DNA of 64,000 bases. Origin: Amoebophrya sp. A120. Its lineage: Eukaryota; Protista; Dinoflagellata. The notes beneath the pieces were generated by a model that saw only the letters and a program-made list of their open reading frames with translations, did not search any database and was not told where the DNA came from. A program made the translations under genes and the position numbers. Below, piece after piece: positions 45,853 to 59,680 of the stretch (positions within the stretch are counted from its first letter, which is position 1; each line of letters starts with the position of its first letter). The stretch covers positions 8,141,224-8,205,223 of the forward strand of contig CAJINV010000002.1 of assembly GCA_905178155.1 (NCBI GenBank), written 5' to 3'.

Positions 45853-48800
45853 ATGAAGAACAATGGGATGAAGATCCGTGGGCGTGGCTACACTTTTTTT
45901 CTCTCCTTGCTGCCACTCGTGCTGGTCGTGGAGGCAACTGTTCTGGTGCCTTCCAGGAGGGATTTTTACTCAAGAACAAGGGGCGGCAAGAACGAGACAC
46001 TGGACAATGAGCAGGATCCGAAAAACGGCACGGGCCAGAAGATTATAACCCGCTCAAGTGTAGTTTTTACAGTTGCAACCGTTACAAAATGATTTCGGCA
46101 TTTTGTACTATATGGACCCGCTAAGAAGCACTGAATGTGGATTCGCGTTCAACAACTCTGTCATGCAACACACTGAATAATGTTTATAGGTGCTGTGGTC
46201 TTGATTTGGATCACGACCTACCGTTCCAAATCGCTGTTTTTCACACGATAGTGACAGTTGTGATTGTAAACACATGTTGAGCACGTCATAAGAAAAGTAG
46301 GTGTATCTGATCGGACTCCAGAAAATGAAAAAGAAATACGTCCACCGGAACAAGAAGCGGCAAAAAAAGACGAAGGGCCGAGAACTGGCCTTGACAAGGA
46401 ATATTTCTTGCCTGTGGAGCGATACGAGTCCCTGTTCCGCCGGGAACTGGAGCGCCTGACCTCGGTCACCTTCAAGCTATCTTACAGGAAAGTACACGCC
46501 GCGCGCTCAATACCAGAAAAAAAGCTCGATTTTGTGTTGGTGTTTTTCTGGTGTCACAATGCTCAACTTCTCGTACTGCTGCTGGTGCAAGAGAAACATG
46601 GATAAGAAGAAGGTACTGTGCGAAAAAATATATAGGTGTGATCGTGATGGTAAAAAAAGGGGCCACGCAAATGTGTTACGCTGAACACCCAAGAAGGGGC
46701 ACAAAAAAGAGCATGGCAATATTAGTAAATAATAATTTATTTATATGATACTAACGCAGCTAGTGGCTGAAGAGGCTGACGTCGTGTGCTTTCTCTTTCT
46801 TGATAGACGCTTACGTCGGAAAGGGCCCCCTGCCAGGTTCACCTCAGCATTCCGGAGCTATCAAATGTAAAAATGTCTGGGTCTGGAAGATTGCAAGGTT
46901 TGTCATGCACATTTTGCATGACTCCTGATGTCTGTGATGCATGCCCTAGCATCACAGATTTTGTGAGGGCTTCCTGATGCCTATACCGCATGACAAATGC
47001 TCTTTCCGTGTAGCAAAACTTGGACTCTCTTTGCTGCTCATGCAATACAGATTTTTTCAAGATCCAAAATCAGCATGACAAGTTGGATTCTTCCAGACCC
47101 AGACATTTTTACAGTTGATAGGAGCTCGAATCGTACAATGGGTCGCAGTATCAAATGTAAAAATGTCTGGGTCTGGAAGAATGGAAGCCTTGTCATGCTT
47201 GTCTGGCATGGCCCATGATGCTTGTAATGCATGACCCAGCATCACAGATTTTTGGAAAGCTTCCTGATACCATTTCCGCATGACAAATGCCCTCCTCGCG
47301 TAGCACAAATGTGGCTCCTCTTGCTGGTCATGCAATGCAGAGTTTTTTAGAGTCCAAAGTTAGCATCACAAGTTCCAACTTTCCAGACCCAGACATTTTT
47401 ACATTTGATACGCAGAAAATACGTGGAGCCACGACCACGACACCAGGAAGGTCTGCCGCAGGAGATATCGTAAGGAAAAATCCCCCCTCCGCATATTGAA
47501 AGCGTATCCGTCTGAAAATTTGCGATGCGCATTTGTGACCTCAAATCCTGTCTGTCTTGCAAGAAGGCAAGTCCAGAGAGCGCCCCGCATTTTGCAGGCG
47601 GTTTGTGATGCTGTTGGGCTTAGAGCATAAACGTCTGCCATGCTAGGCACCTACGTCAAAACCTCTAGACTGAGGCTTGGCATATGCCTGCAGTCCTGTA
47701 CTGCAAGACAAATGTGATTCGTGTATGGAAATCCAGCATCAGAAACGTTGTCTCGATATGGGGAGGGGGGATTTTTCATTTTAATTGGAGACGTTCCGTT
47801 CTTTGTAGACGCCCAGCCCGGCGATATACTGTACGACTTCTGCTACTCCAACTATTTGGAAGATCTGAAAAACCACTACGATGCTAGCAACCTGCCCCAC
47901 GCGGCCCTGCCGCTGGGCAGCAGCCTTGTGCAGTGGGACTTTGGGTTGCCAGATCGACTATGGATTGCAAATGTTTGGGGGTTAATATCTGGAGAGATGC
48001 AAACATTTCATGTTCGTCTTGTAGGACGACGCATCGTCAAGGTCAACCTGTCATGCGTGGAGAGCAGCGTTGGTCTTTTTTCTTCATAGTAGAAAGGTGG
48101 TGTTTGATGTACGTGTCATACTTAAAGGAAATAATGGGGAGGCATTGTTCATCTGATGCCCTGTCATGCGATGCTGTGGCATCATGCTATGTATAGAGAC
48201 TACATTCTGCATGCAAAAAAGAAAGCCTGCGTCTCTACAAAAGTTGCAGCTGTCTTCCAGCAGACCTTCCGGATCGATGTTTGCACTTGATGTCGACCGA
48301 ACTTTTGGTATCGCCGGGAGGTGGAAGGGAGCGAAGAAAATGCCGAAGCCGAAGTACGGGAGCAGCAGCAATTCGTGACTCACAATTCCGCTTCTCATGA
48401 TCGTAGTGGTTCTTCCCGGTCGAGTGATAATGTAAAGATAGATGATGTGAACAACGGCACTTTTTTTCACGACAGCAGCAGCCCCCAAGAAGAAACAAGC
48501 GCCGATGAAGAACATTATGTAGAAAATGAAAAAAATGTGCATAAAAATCCGACGTCTTTCTTGCTTGCAGCGGAGGTAGGAGGCGAAACGTTGCACAACG
48601 GGCTGCAAGAAGTGGGGATCGACTCTGGAGGCGGAGGGAATATGAAACGCCAGAACGTCACCAGCTGGGTGCCCGCAGATGTTGAGGTTGACCAAGAACA
48701 GGTCGCGGTAGAACAAGCAGCTCCCTCCTTCACCAATATCATGGCTACGAAAAAAAGGAATACAAGAACTGTTTTCAAAATGATGAGTTCGGTTCCCAAG

Positions 48801-51800
48801 CCCTGGGTCCGCACGCTCCGAGCCGAAGAAATGCTGATCTTTGGCTTGTCTCCTAAGCCATCCTCATCTGTAGTAGTGGAGTCACAACATCAACAAGAGG
48901 AGCAGGAAGACGATTCTGCGACAGCGGAAAAAACCGAACAGCAGCAGGAAGAAGATCTGGGCGTTCATTTTCCGCTGACAAGAGACGAGATGCAAGCCCC
49001 CACGAGAACCTCGAGCGCAGAATTGACAGTTTATCCCAGAGAAAAAATGATGTAGCATAGAGGATGTCAAAAGTCACGTCCATATTTATTTTGCATAAGC
49101 ACCTCCAGCACCGTGCTGTGGGCTCGCCCGTAAGACGACGTGCGCTACTGTCATCATAGAAGTGTATTCATAATATCGCATCAAGGATATGGTATACAAC
49201 TAGTTTTTTTCTGTTGGATACAGTTGCCAGCTTCTTTCACCGATCAGCGGAGACTGTGCTGAATTGCTCGCTGATGTATCTGACGCGCAGCGATCTGTGG
49301 TATCCTGTGTAAAAACGCACCCAGCATTGCCTGTCTTGAAAACCGTTCATGTGCAGGAAAGGGGACGCGTCTCGTGCCAATGCGGCTCCCCCTGAGAGGC
49401 ATTTTCTGAATGTTATGTTGTAGCTTCTTCCCGTGCTCTACCATGTACGTAGTGTGAAGCAGTTGTCATGTGTGATTCCGAGCAAATATACTTCTGGATT
49501 TCATCGCTTGCAGGACTCTCCCATTATGGTTGTTTCAACATTTCAGGATGAAACGCATAATGAGTATGAAACAGAAACGAAAATTCCATCGTGACTCTGC
49601 CTGGGGACAACTTGGGTACATTTTTACACAGGAGAGGTGGCAGTACAACACCTACGAGCGCAACATTTCGTTCGTTGTGCGAGATCCACCTCCGCGTCCC
49701 GATCAAACTGGTGATGAGAGTGAAATGGGGAACTCGACCTGGAGTTCAGAAGTGCAGACGTTGGAACGGGAATTGGAGCGGGCAGCGCTTCTACACGTGG
49801 ATGCAGAAGAAAGGAAAACTTCTGCAGCGCGGCCAGCGGTAAAAACATCACGGGCATCTTCTACACTACAGACCACTTCCTCTTCATCGATGTTGAAAAT
49901 GAACCATAATATTGAACAAGGCGCAGCAGGAGTAGCAAATGCGACACAGAGGATGAGCACTACCAGTGCGCACCCAATAAACCAGGTAGAAAAGGAAAAG
50001 GATCGGGTTCGGAGGTATCGCAATTGCCGCTTAAGGCTGGAGACAAGAGGCAGCTACTACCCGCAGAACCATTCTCACAGCGCCTCTAGTGCAGCGAGTA
50101 CAACGGCCGAACCTTCATCTGCTTCGCCCCAACATCATGTTCTTCTTGAGCCGATTCTTTTACTAGAAAAGAGCTGGCCAGCGCCGCATTGTAAAGGATT
50201 GCTCTACACCAACTACAAGAGGAGCAACGGAACTACAACGACTATGAATAACAGCGTCGGAGGTCTGGAGAAAGAGGACACCGTGCCCCGGCGTGGTGTC
50301 ACGGTGGCGGAGCTGCTCGACGAAGTGCCAGCGGAACTGTGGGAGCGGCACGGCGCGGCGACGAGGCTCATCCCGGACGAAGCCGACCTTGTGGCGATCA
50401 GACTTTCGGTCCACTTTGATCTGGACGTTGATGTCTCCGGGAGGAGCGCAGAGCTGGCGTCGAGTGGTGTTACCGTGTAGAAAAGCGTTCCCACAACTCC
50501 AGATTTGTCGTCATGTAAGTCTGCAAGCCTAGTAAATTGTTTCTCATGCGGCGCAGGAGCCCGATGGCGATGAGCAGCATTGTCCAAAAATGCTATCGGT
50601 AAGTTTGTTATGCTAGAAGAAGGACCACAAGATGAGGGCCGATTGGTAGTGATGAGGCTGCACTTCTAGCTAACCACGACGACGCTAGAGACCCAAACTT
50701 GTGGTTGACCCCGGTTCGCGGCAGCCGCACAGTCTGGTTATAGCGCAAGGGCAAATAAGACTCTTGATTTGTATAGCAAAGCTGCCATCTGGACGAATGG
50801 GGCGTTTTTCCTGCGGATAAGTTTTCACGAGAAGAGTCGTTTGAAGGCGCGGCTGGCGGAGTTCAGAGAACGGCAAGCACGGGAGAAACGGGTACAGCCA
50901 GCGGATCTCGGTGCTGTTGAGATCAGGGTCATTACTGGGGGCCCCGACAAAGGTCTTGTTCAGAAGCACGCTGTAGATCAAAGACGAGAGCCACTAGGGG
51001 GAGATGAACTTCTACAAGAAGAAACGACCTCCATGCGACGGCTGCCGGAAATTGAGCCCGATCGACGAGCAGGTACTAGTGCGAATAAAGAGCAAGGGGC
51101 TGACGCGTCGACGTCCTCACCCTCTTCATTTACTTCGGCGTTCACGTTGATGGGGGATGAAATAGGACGAAATAAAATAAAGGTTTCTAGTACTGGAGAT
51201 TTGAGTGCTGGTGATCATCGTTGGCTGGCTACGGAGTGGACCATGGAAAAGAATATCTTCGCCAGAACGGATTTTTCAGCTTCCATGCTGCGTCGAAGCA
51301 ACGCGTTAGCTTCGACGTTTCTGCCTCCTGGGATTTGCTCCTTTTCCGGGGTACCCGCCTCCAAACGCACGTAGCGCTCGCGACACAGGAGCAGCTGGAG
51401 CAAAGGACAAGGGAAAAGAAACGCGCGCGGCTGAAGCTCGAGCAACAACGGCCCACTGACGCGGTATCGCGACGAAAAATTTCGCCTGAGACCACAAGGA
51501 AACCTGTGATCATGCTGATTTGTGGCCAAAAATCAACTTACACACAGGCTAAGTAAAAACATTCGGGAGCGATGTGCTGGCGCAGTCTACAGCGAATCAG
51601 TCATGCGCTTTCGCCTGCGTCAAGCTCAATGATATTTGTCATCCTAGATTGCTAGCCGGCAGCTGCATTAGAATAAAAATTTACCCAAACAGCAGGTCCA
51701 GAGAATGCCTGCAAGCGCTCGTTGCACTACAGATTAGTGTACATCGCAAAGAAACCTCGCATAACTACAAATTTCCTTTTGAGTATGTGGAGGCGGCGGG

Positions 51801-54800
51801 ATTTTTGATTTTGATACGCGGAAACACTGCTTCTCTTCGCGGCTGCTTTGTCGGGCATGCAACTCAGTAGCCTCAGAGTGATGGACCGCCCTCCTTACAC
51901 ACCTTACCGCCTTTATGGGAGTGTCTCGTTGGAAATCGTCAAAATAAAAGATTAGTAAGGTACCGTGCAGAAATCGACCCCAGTTGGACCCATAGTTTTA
52001 GTCTCTAGGCGGGGTATGATAAATGAATTGTTTAGAGACACTACTTGTTTAAGCGAATGCGAATCTGCCATACTGTGTAGGGCAAAGAACAAGAAGTGCC
52101 AGTGCTTCCCTGTCATGCTGGTCAGCTCTCCTCCTTTCACGCCAACCAGGACTACAATCGGCCTCACATCATTCTAATGCTCTTGGTTTGTGGATTGTTT
52201 CACGTTGCCTTGTGATTTGCATGTGCCTCACGCATTGCTTGGTCAGGTGCTTCCAAGTCTCACGATATCGCAGGGTGCACGCACAAACGAGATCGCCGGG
52301 GCGCGGGGGGGGGGATGTGCAATCAAGAAAAGGAATGCCTCTGGGGCGCTTGTTGTTGTTCAGTATTTGGGTCGCATCTCATGCATTTTATATTTACAGA
52401 CTATTACCAGCTTGCCGATTTCTACCCAGACACTGCCATAGGAATGCTAACCGGGTTTCGTTGATGCAAACCTTGGCGAAGAGCCGGGCCGTGCGCATGG
52501 AGCTCTCGCGTCTTGCCGTGCCGCTCTCTTTGGAGTCCAGAAGCTGGTCTAAAGAGACAGAAGAATCGCTCGATAAGGCACTAGCCGGAATAAGACTTCA
52601 GCAGGGGGCGTTGTTGGGAGCCCTGTTGCGATGGAATCCTCTTGCGTTTCGGTCAGACGAGACTTCCTCGCCGAGCTTCGGGTCTTACACGGAACTGGAT
52701 GTGTTTCGAGAGTTTCACCTCGGATATGATGAGCAGGACGTGAGAACGCAGATGACGCTAGCAGGATTTTCGCCTCGGAGTTGGCTTTTCCTCGACCTGC
52801 CTTTTGTGCTTCAGCAAAACCCCCGTTTCCTGCTGATGACGATGACCGACCCCGCTGTGTGGAACGATGAGCACCATCACAAGGAGATGCTGCGCTATTG
52901 GGACAAGTGGTTTGGCCGCCAGCAGAGGTGGCGGGAGTCCGGCGGCAGGCAAGAAAGGCCCAGGGAAATATCGGACACCCACGTGGTCATCCTGGAGCAT
53001 GAGGACAGGCAGAGGCAGAGGGAGAGTCCGGAAAGCGCCATGGACTTGTTTGCAGTCGCGCTGCGTGAGGCCCTTGCTGCCGCCTACTTCGTTCAAGGCC
53101 GGGAGCGGATACTGGATTTTCTCTCTGTCGCCATGTACCGGATCCCAGGAACGGTGACAGTTAAACCCCGCGATGATGCGGGCTGTAGCTTGTTTACTCG
53201 TAATTATTACCAGACCTGTGGTGTGCTAATTACCGAGCGCAGCCGCCAACCACAGTATTCCTATCCAGGAGAGGAAGGGTCCGGCAACAGGACTTCAGCA
53301 AGACTGCTGGAGATAGAAGAGCCCCGAAGAGCGGTCATGGGCCCTTGGCCCGTCGTGCATCGCTTCTTTTTGCCTCCCGCAGATGCCGTTGCGGTCCAGG
53401 AGAGGGTGAAAGCGTTGCACATTCGGCAGGGGAGTTGGCGTCCCCCCCTGGAGCTGGCACTGCCGAGGCATCGGTTGGAAGTGTATGTTGGGCCTTTGCG
53501 CAACAGCAACGTCTACACCACGTTTGTTTCCGAGGATATGCCCGATGAGGCCTTGTGCGATGCGCCGCTGTATGGCGTGCACGTTCGGCTCATAGAGCTA
53601 AAAACAAGTCATTCAAGAACACCTCCAGACGACGACGCGGACGGCGAGGGACGAAGACCAACGCCGCCCCCGCTTCGTAGTGCCCCTGAGCGGGAGGTGC
53701 ACTTTTTTCCAGCAGAGGACCACAATTTGCTGCAGAAGTATATGCGAGACCTGGATGATTTGTCGATGTCGAGAGACCACGCTCTTTTGCCCGGAGCGGT
53801 GAGTCCTCGAGGAGGGCGTCCGTTTTCTCTACTGGGTGATAGTTCTGGTAGAGGTTGGGACAAACATCCATTTGATCCTCATCCAGGGAGTGGCGTCAAA
53901 TTTAACCGATGGGGAGGGCTGAACTCGAGGCTCGTGGAGTTCTTGCTGCTGATGCAGCGGTTAATGCAAAAGGAGCTGCGGGAACGAGGCCAGTTGCCGG
54001 TTGGCTGGCGCGAGAGTCTGCATGCATGGTTCCGGCTGCGATTTGGACCCTCCGCGGACGGGCGGTATTACGATTATTCGCCTGACATGGCATTCTTTCT
54101 GGGTTCGGGCAGCATAGATGTCGCAGAACTTCTGCGGATGCAAGGTCTCACCTGTGACAACCCAGACTTTCGTCGGGTCCAGATTGCAATATTCTACGAC
54201 GCCTACCATCCGTCCCAGGTCGTGAAGGTGGGGAACACGACGAAGCAACAAGGCAGTTTTCTCGGGATCATGGACACACCGAAGTTCTCTGAACCTCCGA
54301 GAGAGGAAACGCCATTGCTTTCTCTGCACGCGGTTGTCCATTACTGGCTAGACGCCTTCCCGCCCGGCCCGGAAGAGGTGGAGTGGATGTTGAGGGGTGG
54401 CCAGGCGCACGGGGAAACGAACAGAACAAATTACCTCCTGCATAGTTTTGGAACGTCAGCGGCTAGCGCCATGTTGATGCCAGTGAAAAATCTCGACGTA
54501 GACGAGGCGGGTAAAACTCTTTTTTCGGGGAATTTAAACTTTTCCGACCCCGTGCCCAACCTGAGCTCGAAACTTTTTGTCGGAATGGTTAGGGGCAGCA
54601 GCATATCCTGAGTAAAAGCGTTCCCACACCATAGTCAAGATGACAAATCTGCTAGACAAATCAACAAGCTCTGGCTGTTGCGCATGACAAATTTGGCCTC
54701 GTAGTGTAATGCTTTTCGGCAAGTTCACCAGCGTCACAAGTCTCGCACATCATGGTGATTGGAGCATCCCAAATTCCGCAATACGACGAAAGCACGCTTC

Positions 54801-56616
54801 TCATGGGGCTCCGCATGAGAAAGATTTCTAGCGTGCAGATTTGCATGACAACTCCGCTGATGGCAGTTTGGTGTCCGCCTGACCCACCCGCCCGGCGCAC
54901 CAAGCCATCTGCGGCCGTGGTGCAATGGGGGGGCAAAGTGTGTCGCATTTTGTTTAGCATGACAACTCTGGGGTGGGGACGTTTTTACTTCGGACACAGC
55001 ACAGAGCCTCCTCCAGTGGGGGCGGGCGCGCGTGAAGATCACGAGAAGAACCCCGCCCATGGTCGTGTCGGACAGGAAAAAGATAAAGAGCCCAGTCGAG
55101 GACGTGCCGACGCGGGGGATCACCAGCAACACTCTATCCTGGCGCGTCCTCCTGATCCTGCCACTGATAGTAGACGAGGAACTCCAGAAATACAAAACTC
55201 GTCTGGTCAAGCTCAACAACCACTTCTACTAAACGTAAACGCGACTCCTGAAGACCTTGTTCATTCGACAACGACGAGAATACAAGGTTTAAGACCGAGT
55301 AGACCACCAGGTCGAAGAACATCGAAGATGACATCAATTCCCACGCGACGAGAAAACACGAGCAATCGGACGAACGCAACGGGCGGCCGCAGCACCTCCA
55401 GTGGTGGAAAAAATACCTCCAATGCTGCAGCCTGCTGTGCAGGTGAAAATGACAATGGAGGTGAAAATGACAATGTAGATCGCGGCATATCACGGCGTCC
55501 TTCATCACGGCCGTCACCTTTGCGTCGATACTTGGTGTGTGCGCGGCTGTGGTTGGGATCCTCCTGGTTGCGCAGTGCCTGGCCGCGCGCGCCGAGCGGC
55601 AGCGCCGTCTGGCCTCGGGCGAGCGGAATGTTGAGACGAAGCTGGAGCGTGCACGGGAGCGGTTTCTGCGCGAGCGCGAGAAGCGGCGAAAGCTTCGACA
55701 GCGGCAGCAGCGAAAGTTGAACCTCGTAGAAAAATTGCAAAACAGGATAAAAATCAATACACACAAGCAGGGGGATGTGGATCAGGATCACGAAGATGAA
55801 ACCCGGGTGGAAAGGGACAACGTTTCCGGCGGTCTGGAGCAAGACGAGGCGTTGCGAGGGTCACCTTCAGGAGGTGTCAATTTAATATCTCAAGAGGCGC
55901 GAAATGATATTCGAGCAGGGAGTGCGCATCTCCGGGTACCAGAAAGCACGGGTAGGTCCCGTAGCCCGCCGGGAGATCCAGTCGTATCACCTCCGGCTCG
56001 TCCCACCTCAAACGCGGCAACAGTTGCAACAAGGAAGTTAAAGACCAGCGTAGTAGACGGAGCAGGAAAAACACTCCCCGCACCAGCCGCACCACGACGC
56101 GCGACGGAACGCCCCCCGCGCGCACCACCATCAAGCACGCGGGACAAGCTGACAAGCGACAACGTTTTAACCTTGCGGCCGAAAGAAGAGAGAAAAAGGA
56201 AGAACGCTCCTCTTAACTCCTCGTTTCCCTACCACGTGTGGGAACAACCTCCACCGCGCACAGTAGAGCCCGTGCGGGAGCAGGGGCGCGACCGCCTGGA
56301 TAGGGAGGGTGCTTTTCTTCGCCCCGATACTGCCGGTGTGAGAAACCAGGTTCTCGTGCAGATTCCGGAAGATGACAGCAGCACGGCAAGAAGAGCCGGA
56401 GCGGCACCTTCGGCGCCCGTTTTCACTCTGTCCGGGACCCACGGGGGTGTGGGGGAGCAACCTTCAGATGCGCTCGACGTGTCCTTTCAAGTGCCACGAA
56501 CGGCTGAGGAGTGGGAGCGGTTGCAAGCGTTCCAAGGGTACGGAGCAGAGGATCCGATCCCCGCCTCTACCCTACAGCCTGTAGTACATCGGGGTCCTCG
56601 TGCTGCAGGAACGTGA
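45853..56616 (+). CDS. Large orphan protein with possible signal peptide and C-terminal TM helix, split by many introners
   Basis: ORFs 45853, 46408, 47721, 48321, 49530, 50769, 51221, 52188, 54752 and 55537 join after element removal; junctions near 50890-51220 and 55261-55535 and the start are tentative. Confidence 0.55.
46044..46290. mobile_element. Eroded introner
   Basis: TATAACCCGCTCAA...TTGAGCACGTCATA; TSD eroded, but removal of element+5 is in frame. Confidence 0.6.
46478..46805. mobile_element. Eroded introner
   Basis: TATCTTACAGGAAAGTACACG...CGTGTGCTTTCTCTTTCTTGATA; flanks CAAGC/GACGC. Confidence 0.7.
46859..47120. mobile_element. Introner family A
   Basis: TSD GGAGC; inverted relative to 19619-19880. 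Confidence 0.92.
47149..47410. mobile_element. Introner family A
   Basis: Family A TIRs; TSD CGCAG. Confidence 0.92.
47466..47786. mobile_element. Introner family C
   Basis: TSD GGAGA; right end reads AATT. Confidence 0.88.
47959..48292. mobile_element. Degenerate introner family A
   Basis: TATGGATTGCAAA...TTTGCACTTGATG; TSD TCGAC. Confidence 0.82.
49032..49220. mobile_element. Short introner
   Basis: TATCCCAGAGAAAAAA...TTTTTTTCTGTTGGATA; TSD CAGTT. Confidence 0.82.
49301..49635. mobile_element. Degenerate introner family B
   Basis: TATCCTGTGTAAAAA...TTTTTACACAGGAGA; flanks TGTGG/GGTGG. Confidence 0.82.
50468..50819. mobile_element. Degenerate introner family B, apparently inverted
   Basis: AAAAGCGTTCCCAC...GGGGCGTTTTTCCTGCGGATA; left boundary approximate. 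Confidence 0.6.
51465..51816. mobile_element. Degenerate introner family C
   Basis: TATCGCGACGAAAAAT...GATTTTTGATTTTGATA; TSD CGCGG. Confidence 0.8.
51914..52440. mobile_element. Eroded 527-bp introner
   Basis: TATGGGAGTGTCTCGTTGGAAATCG versus right-end reverse complement TATGGCAGTGTCTGGGTAGAAATCG; removal of element+5 is in frame. Confidence 0.7.
54604..54996. mobile_element. Introner family B carrying a 102-bp nested insertion
   Basis: TSD CAGCA; right end reads GGACA. Confidence 0.88.
54855..54956. mobile_element. 102-bp hairpin-forming insertion with a 12-bp direct repeat
   Basis: GCATGACAACTC at 54843-54854 and 54957-54968; internal inverted repeat GATGGC..TTGGTG / CACCAA.GCCATC. Confidence 0.75.
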
Positions 56617-58027
56617 AGACCATCGTCTGAGGGAAAGTAAGTACGTTATTAAGTACTCACATGATAAAGGTGGAGATTGTAAGTACATACGCAGAGAAGA
56701 AGAGTACAGAGTTTTTATTTGTGAAATCTGCGCAACCATGCTACACGATTGATTTATTTTGCACCAGGCAGGATGTGGTCGTGAAAAGGTTCAGTCGTGT
56801 TGAATGAGTCATTTTTTTATGAACAATAAAGTAAAGTTTCCGATGACGACAGAGTGGGTGAATCACTTGGTCGTCTACTTGAAAATCCGTTGCTACTGTA
56901 TTGAAAATGTATATGTAATAGATCTAAAAGCTCATGATCGTGATCGTTTCGTGCTCTGAAGCCAAGCATCTAGAAGGAAAGGAATTGCAACTACTTCTTA
57001 TGCGACCAATGTCCTCTGGCTCTGATTCTGCGGCGAATACCGAGTGTGTTCTAGTTGTTTCTGTGCCTTGTGGTCTCTCCTGCTCTGGCAAGGTGTTCCT
57101 ACTTCCTCCGCATCTTTGTCGGAGTCGGTATTTAAATCCATGCTTTGCCGTCTGTGGTTCCTGCCGAGCAGAGCGAAGAGTGTTTTGTGTGCTCGTCGAT
57201 GGTGGAAACTGTACCGAAAGACAAAATGTTGCATTTTTCTTCACAATCATGAATCACAAGCACATGATCGAACAGCATTGCCGGAAATGCCACGGAAATC
57301 GGTGCTGCAAGATATAGCTGTGTAATAGTGAACCCATACAACAGTGTACAGTGTAATACGGTTATGAGATGTGTTAGGCTACGTCACGGCATCATTGATG
57401 GTGGAGCGATGTTGAAGCATAGCACCCCATTTTCCATAAGGTTGAATAATTCCTCGCGCCATGCATTTTTGTGACAGGCTTGCGTCTCCCAGCTTGCTTA
57501 GCCGCTGCCCTGCCAGATAGACTCGGCCCATTGCGCCGAATTGCCGTCCCGCAGCCAGTACGGTCATAATACTTATTTACCGTCGCCCAATCCCCTGCTA
57601 CAATGGGGACTCTGCTATTTTCCCTTGCGCCGCGTGAAGAAGTGATAAAATCTGGATACAATATATGAATTTATTCGCTTTCGCCTTCCTGGTACACGCA
57701 GGCACCACAGTAACAGTTGCGACCGGAAGCAGCGCCACGAAGGCAACACGAACGCTGCTTCATCAAATGGGGGCCATTCGCGCGCCGCGGGCGGAGCTGT
57801 CCGGTCGTTCTTCACCGTCTGCAATCGATGTGGTAGTGAGCCAACTACAAATACATTGGGCCGCTAAGAGCAACGGTAGATAGCAAAGCTCGCTTGAAAA
57901 CTTGTTGCACTAAGAAGTGTCGTGGTAGCCGAGGAGTAGGTCGGTGGCCGCACGATGTTATGTTCTTCCTCGTCCTGCGCTAGATGAAAATACACGCCGG
58001 CAGAGCAGTCTTGTCGTTGTGCTAAAG

Positions 58028-58876
58028 ATGGAAATCTATGCGGAGCAGTGCTCGGTCCCCTCGTGCAACAAAGTCGATTTCTTGCCCTTCAAGTGCGACG
58101 CTTGCAACCAGCTGTACTGCTTAGAGCACCGGTCGTATGCCGCCCACAACTGCACCGCAGCTAGCAGCAAGGATTTTACTATCGTGGTAAGTGCATCACG
58201 ATACTAGCGGTACATTCAACTACATCGCAGGAATTTCCTCATAACTTCTTTTGTTTTCGGTGCGGACTTCAACTTCTTTTTGGTTGTTGTTTTTATAGAA
58301 AGAGGTTCGAATTTGATGTTCTTTGCTATCGCAAATTAATAGTCTCGTCACAACCACTACCACTCGATTTCGAATCTTTCAAACACAAGAAATGCTGGAT
58401 ATCAACAACAGGTATGTCCCGATTGCAAGAAGGGTTTGCGCGTGGCGGCCAGTGAGCGAAATCTGGAAGGGATTCTGGAGAAGCACAAGAAGACCGAATG
58501 TCCTGGGGCGCCAAAGAAGCAGGCGAAGTGCGCGGTCTGCAAAACCAAGCTGAACCTGACCAATCGGTACGAGTGCCCGAAATGTGGCAAGTTGGTTTGC
58601 TTGAAGCACCGATTCGAGGAGGAGCACGACTGTATATCACTGCAAGACCAGCAGAAACCGAGCAGCGGGAACCGAAAACAGGCCAACAACCTGGTAAATG
58701 CAGGCAAACCTTCTACCGGGCGAGCGCCAGCACGCACCGGTGCAACTACGACCAGCACGAGTGATGGCGGCGGGAGGAAGAGAAAAGGCCTCTTTGGGTG
58801 GTGCTGCCCGGTGGCGGACCGGAACGCGACGCCCGTGCAAAACGTCGCACACAGCAGCTCCAGGAACGACGTTTGA
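58028..58876 (+). CDS. AN1-type zinc finger protein (two AN1 fingers, ZFAND2/Cuz1-like)
   Basis: CSVPSCNKVDFLPFKCDACNQLYCLEHRSYAAHNC and CPKCGKLVCLKHRFEEEHDC; GT-AG intron 58187-58411. Confidence 0.9.
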
Positions 58877-59680
58877 GATTTTGTTGTATCTGGATGTGCG
58901 TTTTGAAGAGGGTATCTTCAAACTGAAACAGACTGCCTCGCTACTATTCGTGTAGAATGAACTATTGACGAGTGGAGAAATGATATTTTTCACGTCGCTC
59001 ATATCGTCGCTTCTCTAGTATAAACATCAAGGTGTTTCTTTGAGCCTGGACTATGTACGATGCGTTGCAGGTGTGCTTTGGAGGAACACAAAGAAGTTTG
59101 AGTTGACGCCTTCTTCATTTGAACACAAGGAAATACCATGCGCAGCTCGTCCTGCGGCAGTCGCTGCTCAGACTTGGTCTTGTGGTGTTGCTTTGCTCAT
59201 CTCGTCGTGGGGTCTGCTGCGTGATAGGTAGTACTTTGTAGAGGTCGCAGTGTAAAGACGGCCTCGCGATGAAGGAGCCACCACGACGATGACGATGACG
59301 TGGAACTCATTTTTTATAAAAGCAAAGCTTTTATTCCTTGTGACCGTGACATGGGTGGCGCGAGTGACAAGATGTTGACCCTGGCACGAAAAACTGTAAG
59401 CCTAGTCATCTGTGTGTTGGAGTGCTTCGGGCTGGGTATCAAACTGAGCGACAAGTTGTTGGTCGCACTAAAAAGCCGAAGTTCGTTGTCGAAGAAACAA
59501 AAGAGAATTCGTATATGATATGCAAAGCGTTGTACACGACCTAATTCCAAGTCGACCTCTGGAGGCGGGACCTTCGAGCGTGAGAAAGAAGTAGACCCCA
59601 AGGGTTCCAGTAAAAAAGGTTTGGCGTGGTTTTGCTTTTCCCAGCGACCTGAGGAGCGACGAGATCATCATCTGCAAAAG

